DNA of 64,000 bases from NCBI RefSeq assembly GCF_009914755.1, contig NC_060935.1; one strand, written 5' to 3'. Every line of letters starts with the position of its first letter. Position 1 is the first letter of the stretch. Positions 59,421 through 64,000 of the stretch are shown piece after piece. The position numbers were made by a program, and so were the translations under genes. The DNA is from the human T2T-CHM13v2.0 reference genome, Homo sapiens. The notes below the pieces were generated by a model. It did no database searches. It was not told the DNA's origin and saw only the letters and a list, made by a program, of their open reading frames with translations.

Positions 59421-59899
59421 ACTGAATAAATAAATGAATGTGGAAAGCCTTCATATAAAAACAATCATAATGAGATACTGAAGCAACCAAATGCATTTCC
59501 TTAATATATGAAAAGGATGGTAAAATAACTGTATTTCTCCTTCCATTGTCTTGCAGCAAACTCAAATCCTAAATCTCAGCCAAATATACCTATGGTAGGT
59601 ACAGCTTTCCAAAATAGTACTTCTGCAATTAAATGCCCAAGCCTAAAGTTTAAACAGATGGGTATAGGTTTAAATAAATAATGTCAACAACAAAACAGAC
59701 AAAAAATCTTTATTGATGGGGAGTTAACTGAGATTTCTTCAGGGTTAAACAGCTTATTCAAGAGTACATTATTATTAGTGGCAAGGGAAAAATGAGAACT
59801 CAGAAGCACTGAATCCTTGGATTTTGGTGGAACCTTACAGAAAGTGTATGGGCTTTAAACTAAGCTTCATCTGGGATTGACTGACTTTTCCATAAACTG

Positions 59900-60150
59900 G
59901 TAGGATGTAGTGAAGCATAGCTTTTTGCTGGATTGCTTAACTTTGACTTGCAGCTCTTCTATTTACTAGCTGTGTGGCCATAGGCAAGAGTTGTAACTTT
60001 CTAGTGCCTTATGTTTTCATCTATAAAGTGGGTATAATTTTAAAAACTTCATTGAAGTTTCTGTGAAGATGAAATAAGTTAATGCAACTAAAGTGTTCTG
60101 TATAGTGTCTGACACATACTCAGTGCTCAGCAAATAAATAAAGGTAATAT
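59900..60150 (+). mobile_element. MIRb
   Basis: atttactagctgtgtggccataggcaag...catctataaagtggg...gtgtctgacacatactcagtgctcagcaaat. Confidence 0.85.
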
Positions 60151-61472
60151 ATTTTACTTTTCAAATTGTTTGATAACTCAATGAAATAACCAACTTAAAC
60201 CACATATCTCAGTGCCTAGAACATATAATACTTTCTCTAATTTGTAAACTATATACAAATTATATATATATTATATAATAATCTTCTTTTATTATATCTT
60301 ATACATATAATCATTATATTATAATAATCTTCTTTAAAATATTTGCATGTAGTCTTACACGGACCTTGTATTTGGTGAAGATTATTACTTTAAAGTAAAT
60401 AATGGATGGGAAATCATCAATATGACAGGGATCTATGAAATAAAGAGTAAAGAAAAGTTAAATATGGGTTTATAATAAGCATAGTTATAAATTATAAAAA
60501 GTAAAGGAAGGAAGAGAAGAAAGGACAGAGGGAGAGAAGAAGGGAGGAATGATGGAAAGGAGGGGAACAGGAAGACTAGGTGGTCCATTTGTTAGAGTGG
60601 ATACTTTTATTCTACATGTCTATAATATCTCTAAATTTCTTTGAACAGGAAATCTGTTCAATATAGTGTATTTTCAGTATAGTGTTTGTAAATGGCCCCA
60701 AATGAAGTCATCTTAACACTGAAGTTTATTGATGATATAAGCCTATGAATTCCCCAATTGTTAAATATTGATGTTATAAATAGAGGATAAAACTAAACAT
60801 TCTTTCTATTCATAACATAAGAGTTTATTTAAAACTTTGTATAGAAACAACTACATCAATTATCCATGGCAAAGGAGGGAACATATTATTAGTCTTTATT
60901 ATGTAGGAACAATTGGAAGCAGAGATTTGCTTTTTATCTTCAGCAACACCAAATAGTTCAGATGATTTGATGTTACTTAAAGGGGTAGATTTTCATTCTT
61001 CATTCTTTAATTTACAGAGAGTATGTACAGTGTTAAAAATAACATGAACCTCTAACAAAGATTAATAAATCAAATTAAACAAAACTTCATTGAGTCTTAA
61101 CTTAGAGGCCAGGCATAATGCTTTGTAAACCTATTGAGATAAGAAGACAGATAATAGGATTTCTGTTCTCAAAGACCTTATGAAGGGTGGTGAGAAGGGA
61201 TAAAAATACACACACAAATAAATATATATTATTCATTAATCAAAATTATTTTAGTTAGGAGGCTTTATTTTACTTAAAATAGATACTTAAAAAAGATTGG
61301 AAGCAGCAAGGAGAGCTACTGACTCACACCAATATAAATCCCAGATGTAGAGTTGCCTCCAGCTAGCATCAATTCAATGGAACCAAAGAGCAGATTCATC
61401 TCTTTTTTATCCCATCATTTTCATCATCTAAACCTCCTTAGGTTTTATCCTAAAGAACCTAAATGGATGGTC

Positions 61473-61519
61473 CTACTCAAAAAATGGATGAAGAATCTAC
61501 TCAAAAAATGGATGAAGAA
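61473..61519. repeat. 24-bp tandem duplication
   Basis: ctactcaaaaaatggatgaagaa x2. Confidence 0.9.
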
Positions 61520-61774
61520 AATGATGTGAGAATTCTGGAGGTCTCACATCATACTTATCCCAGATCATCCGTAAATATGAAGTGTCTCATACGGTAGTCA
61601 CCAACAAGTCCTACGATTCATTCTCTGCTGGCTTCAATTAGCTCTGTGCCTGTCACTGAACAAGTAACTATGGTCAAGGGGATGGGAGATGCTGACCAAT
61701 CCCTGGAGCCAAGAGTGTGATAAATTCTCGCAAGTTGCTTGATTTACAATGAGGAAGAAAAACACTTTTGATGA

Positions 61775-61863
61775 GGCATAGAAGTATTAGAAGTATAGAA
61801 GTATTAGAGGCATAGAAGTACAGAAGCATAGAAGTATAGAAGTATAGAGGCATAGAAGTATTA
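61775..61863. repeat. Composite TAGAAGTA-based minisatellite
   Basis: About 10 variant 8-9 bp units (tagaagta/tagaggca/cagaagca). Confidence 0.85.
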
Positions 61864-61895
61864 TTGGGAAGATATAGGTGTGCGTATGTGTTACT

Positions 61896-61896
<1 letters not shown>

Positions 61897-61936
<40 letters not shown>
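61897..61936. repeat. (GT)20 microsatellite
   Basis: Uninterrupted GT run. Confidence 0.98.
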
Positions 61937-61938
<2 letters not shown>

Positions 61939-62544
61939 TTAAAAGAACAGGAATGGCAGCAGGATGTTGTGACAGCACATGGATCTTAGGAAAACAATTG
62001 GCAAATGCTTACTATAGATACTGAGTTTAATTTAAATTTGCAATAAAAAGAGAAAGTGGTCTTCTCAAAATTGGTAGATAAGACAGAAATATCGGAAATT
62101 TATCTTTGAGTAATATTTTCAAGGATGAATAGGATCTCACACTATCATTATCAACAAAAGGCTGGAAATAACTCAATGTAAAAAAGAAGTTTGGAGAATT
62201 TTGGCAATTCTTTTCAAGAATAGTCTTTCAAAATATTCTAACATATGCATTATGTAATCTTAGAGCTACAAAATGCTCAATGAACAAAGAGTTACTTGTT
62301 CAAATGCATTAGAGCCACCACATTATATAGCTTCTTTTGGGGAATCATATTTAAAATTAACCTATTAAAGGCTTTAAGAAGACTTATGGTAAAGTAATAG
62401 GTCTAATCCATCATTTCTAAACTTACTTGGCTGTATAATCCATTTGAGGAATATCTATAGCAGTCTATAGAAAATTGTTCTAGGCACTCCACCGAATTCT
62501 ATTATCCCTGTTGTAAAATATCAACAAGAGAAATTACTCTGAGA

Positions 62545-64000
62545 ATATGGAGGGAATTATCCCTAACTCATTCTGCATGCCCAGAATCATCCTGATACCA
62601 AATCCAAGCAAGCACACAACAACAACAAAGTAAAACTACAGACCGACACCCCTGATAAACATAGACACAAAAATCCTCAAATAAATACTAGTAAACTGAA
62701 TGAAGTAGCCCTCAAAAAGATAGTACACCATGATCAAGTGGGTTTTATTGCACGGATGCAATGGTATTTCATACACAAATCAATAAATGATTCAACGCAT
62801 AAACAGAACTATAAACAAAACCATACAATCATTTCAATAGATGAGGAAAAAAATTGATAAAATTCAGCATCAATTGCTGAGAAAAACCCTTAATAAACTA
62901 GGCATCAAAGGAACACATATCAAAATAATAAAAGCCATATAAGACTAACCCAGCCAACATCATACTGCATGAGGAAAAATTGAAAGCTTTCCCCCAAGAC
63001 CTGGAACAAGGCAAGGATGGCCACTTTCACACACTCCTATTCAACATAATACTGGAAGTCCTAGCAAGAGGAATCAGGAAAGAGAAAGATATAAAAGGCA
63101 TTCAAATTGGAAAAGAGGAAGTTGAATTATCCTTTTTTGCTGGTGATATGATCTTATACCTGCAAAACTCTAAGGACTCCGACAAAAGACTCCTAGATTT
63201 CATAAATAAATTCTGTAAGGTTTCAGGATACAAAATTAACATACAAAATTGAGTAGCATATCTATACAGCAATAACTATCAAGCTGAGAACCAAATCAAT
63301 CAGTCAATCCCTTTAATAATAGCTACCAGTAAACAAATAAATAAAACATAGGATGAAAGATCTCCACAGAGAAAAACTACAAAACACTGACGCAAATAAT
63401 TTTAGACGACACAAGCAAATGGAAAAACAGTTCATGCACATGGATTGGAAGAATCAATATTGTTAAAATTACCATCCTCTCCAAAGCAATCTATGGATTC
63501 AATGCAATTTCTATCAAAATACCTACATCATTTTTCACAGAATTAGAAAAAAACAGTTCTAAAATTAATATGGAACCAAAAAAGCACCTGAACAGCCAAA
63601 GAAATGCTAAGCAGAAAGAACACAGCTGGAGGCATCACATACTATTTCAACCTGTACTACTAGAATATAGTAACTAAAACAGCATGGTATGATATAAAAT
63701 AGACTCATAAATCAATGGAACAGAATAGAGAATCCAGAAATCAAGCCTCATACCTATAGACAACCAATCTTCAACAAAGCCAACAAAAACATACTCTCAA
63801 GAAAGAAAACCCCGTTCAATAAATGGTGCTGGGAAATTTGGATAGCCATATCCAGAAAAATGAAACCGGTCACATGTCTCTCAGGATATACAAAAATTAT
63901 CTCAAGACGGATCAATGACTTAGATGTAAGACCTGAAACTGTTAAAATTATAGAAGAAAATCTAGAGAAAATTCTTCTGGACATAGGGCTACATTAAGAA
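62545..64000 (+). mobile_element. L1 (L1PB/old L1PA-like) ORF2 RT region, runs off the window
   Basis: [43 protein letters not shown] (decayed FADD RT motif); frameshifts and stops. Confidence 0.92.

Larger units (their letters stand above)
61250..61980 (-). mobile_element. MLT1K/L-like LTR containing simple repeats
   Basis: ctctgtgcctgtcactgaacaagtaactatggtcaaggggatggg...ccctggagccaagag. Confidence 0.55.

Overview
This is AT-rich primate (human or great-ape-like) DNA from an intergenic or intronic region, and it is dominated by interspersed repeats. It holds about 14 Alus, L1s from very old L1M to young L1PA2-like, many L2 and MIR fragments, MaLR/ERVL LTRs and hAT-derived MERs. No intact protein-coding gene is supportable, and nearly all ORF-track entries come from repeats or chance. 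I found no convincing wholly new biological system. Five items stand out. (1) A minus-strand ZNF717/ZNF33-like KRAB-zinc-finger pseudogene (~43196-45960) that looks semi-processed: KRAB-A, KRAB-B and finger exons are fused and a polyA remnant is present, yet a 5' intron appears retained. (2) A 1.4 kb doubly deleted L1PA3/4 that joins the 5' promoter almost directly to an open ORF2 C-terminal frame and carries an apparent ~150 bp 3' transduction. (3) A young L1 with a tiny twin-priming inversion and a micro 3' transduction. (4) Two LF-SINE-like ancient elements beside enhancer-like sequence. (5) A near-perfect ~118 bp hairpin. Subfamily calls come from remembered consensus sequences, and boundaries of old repeats are approximate.
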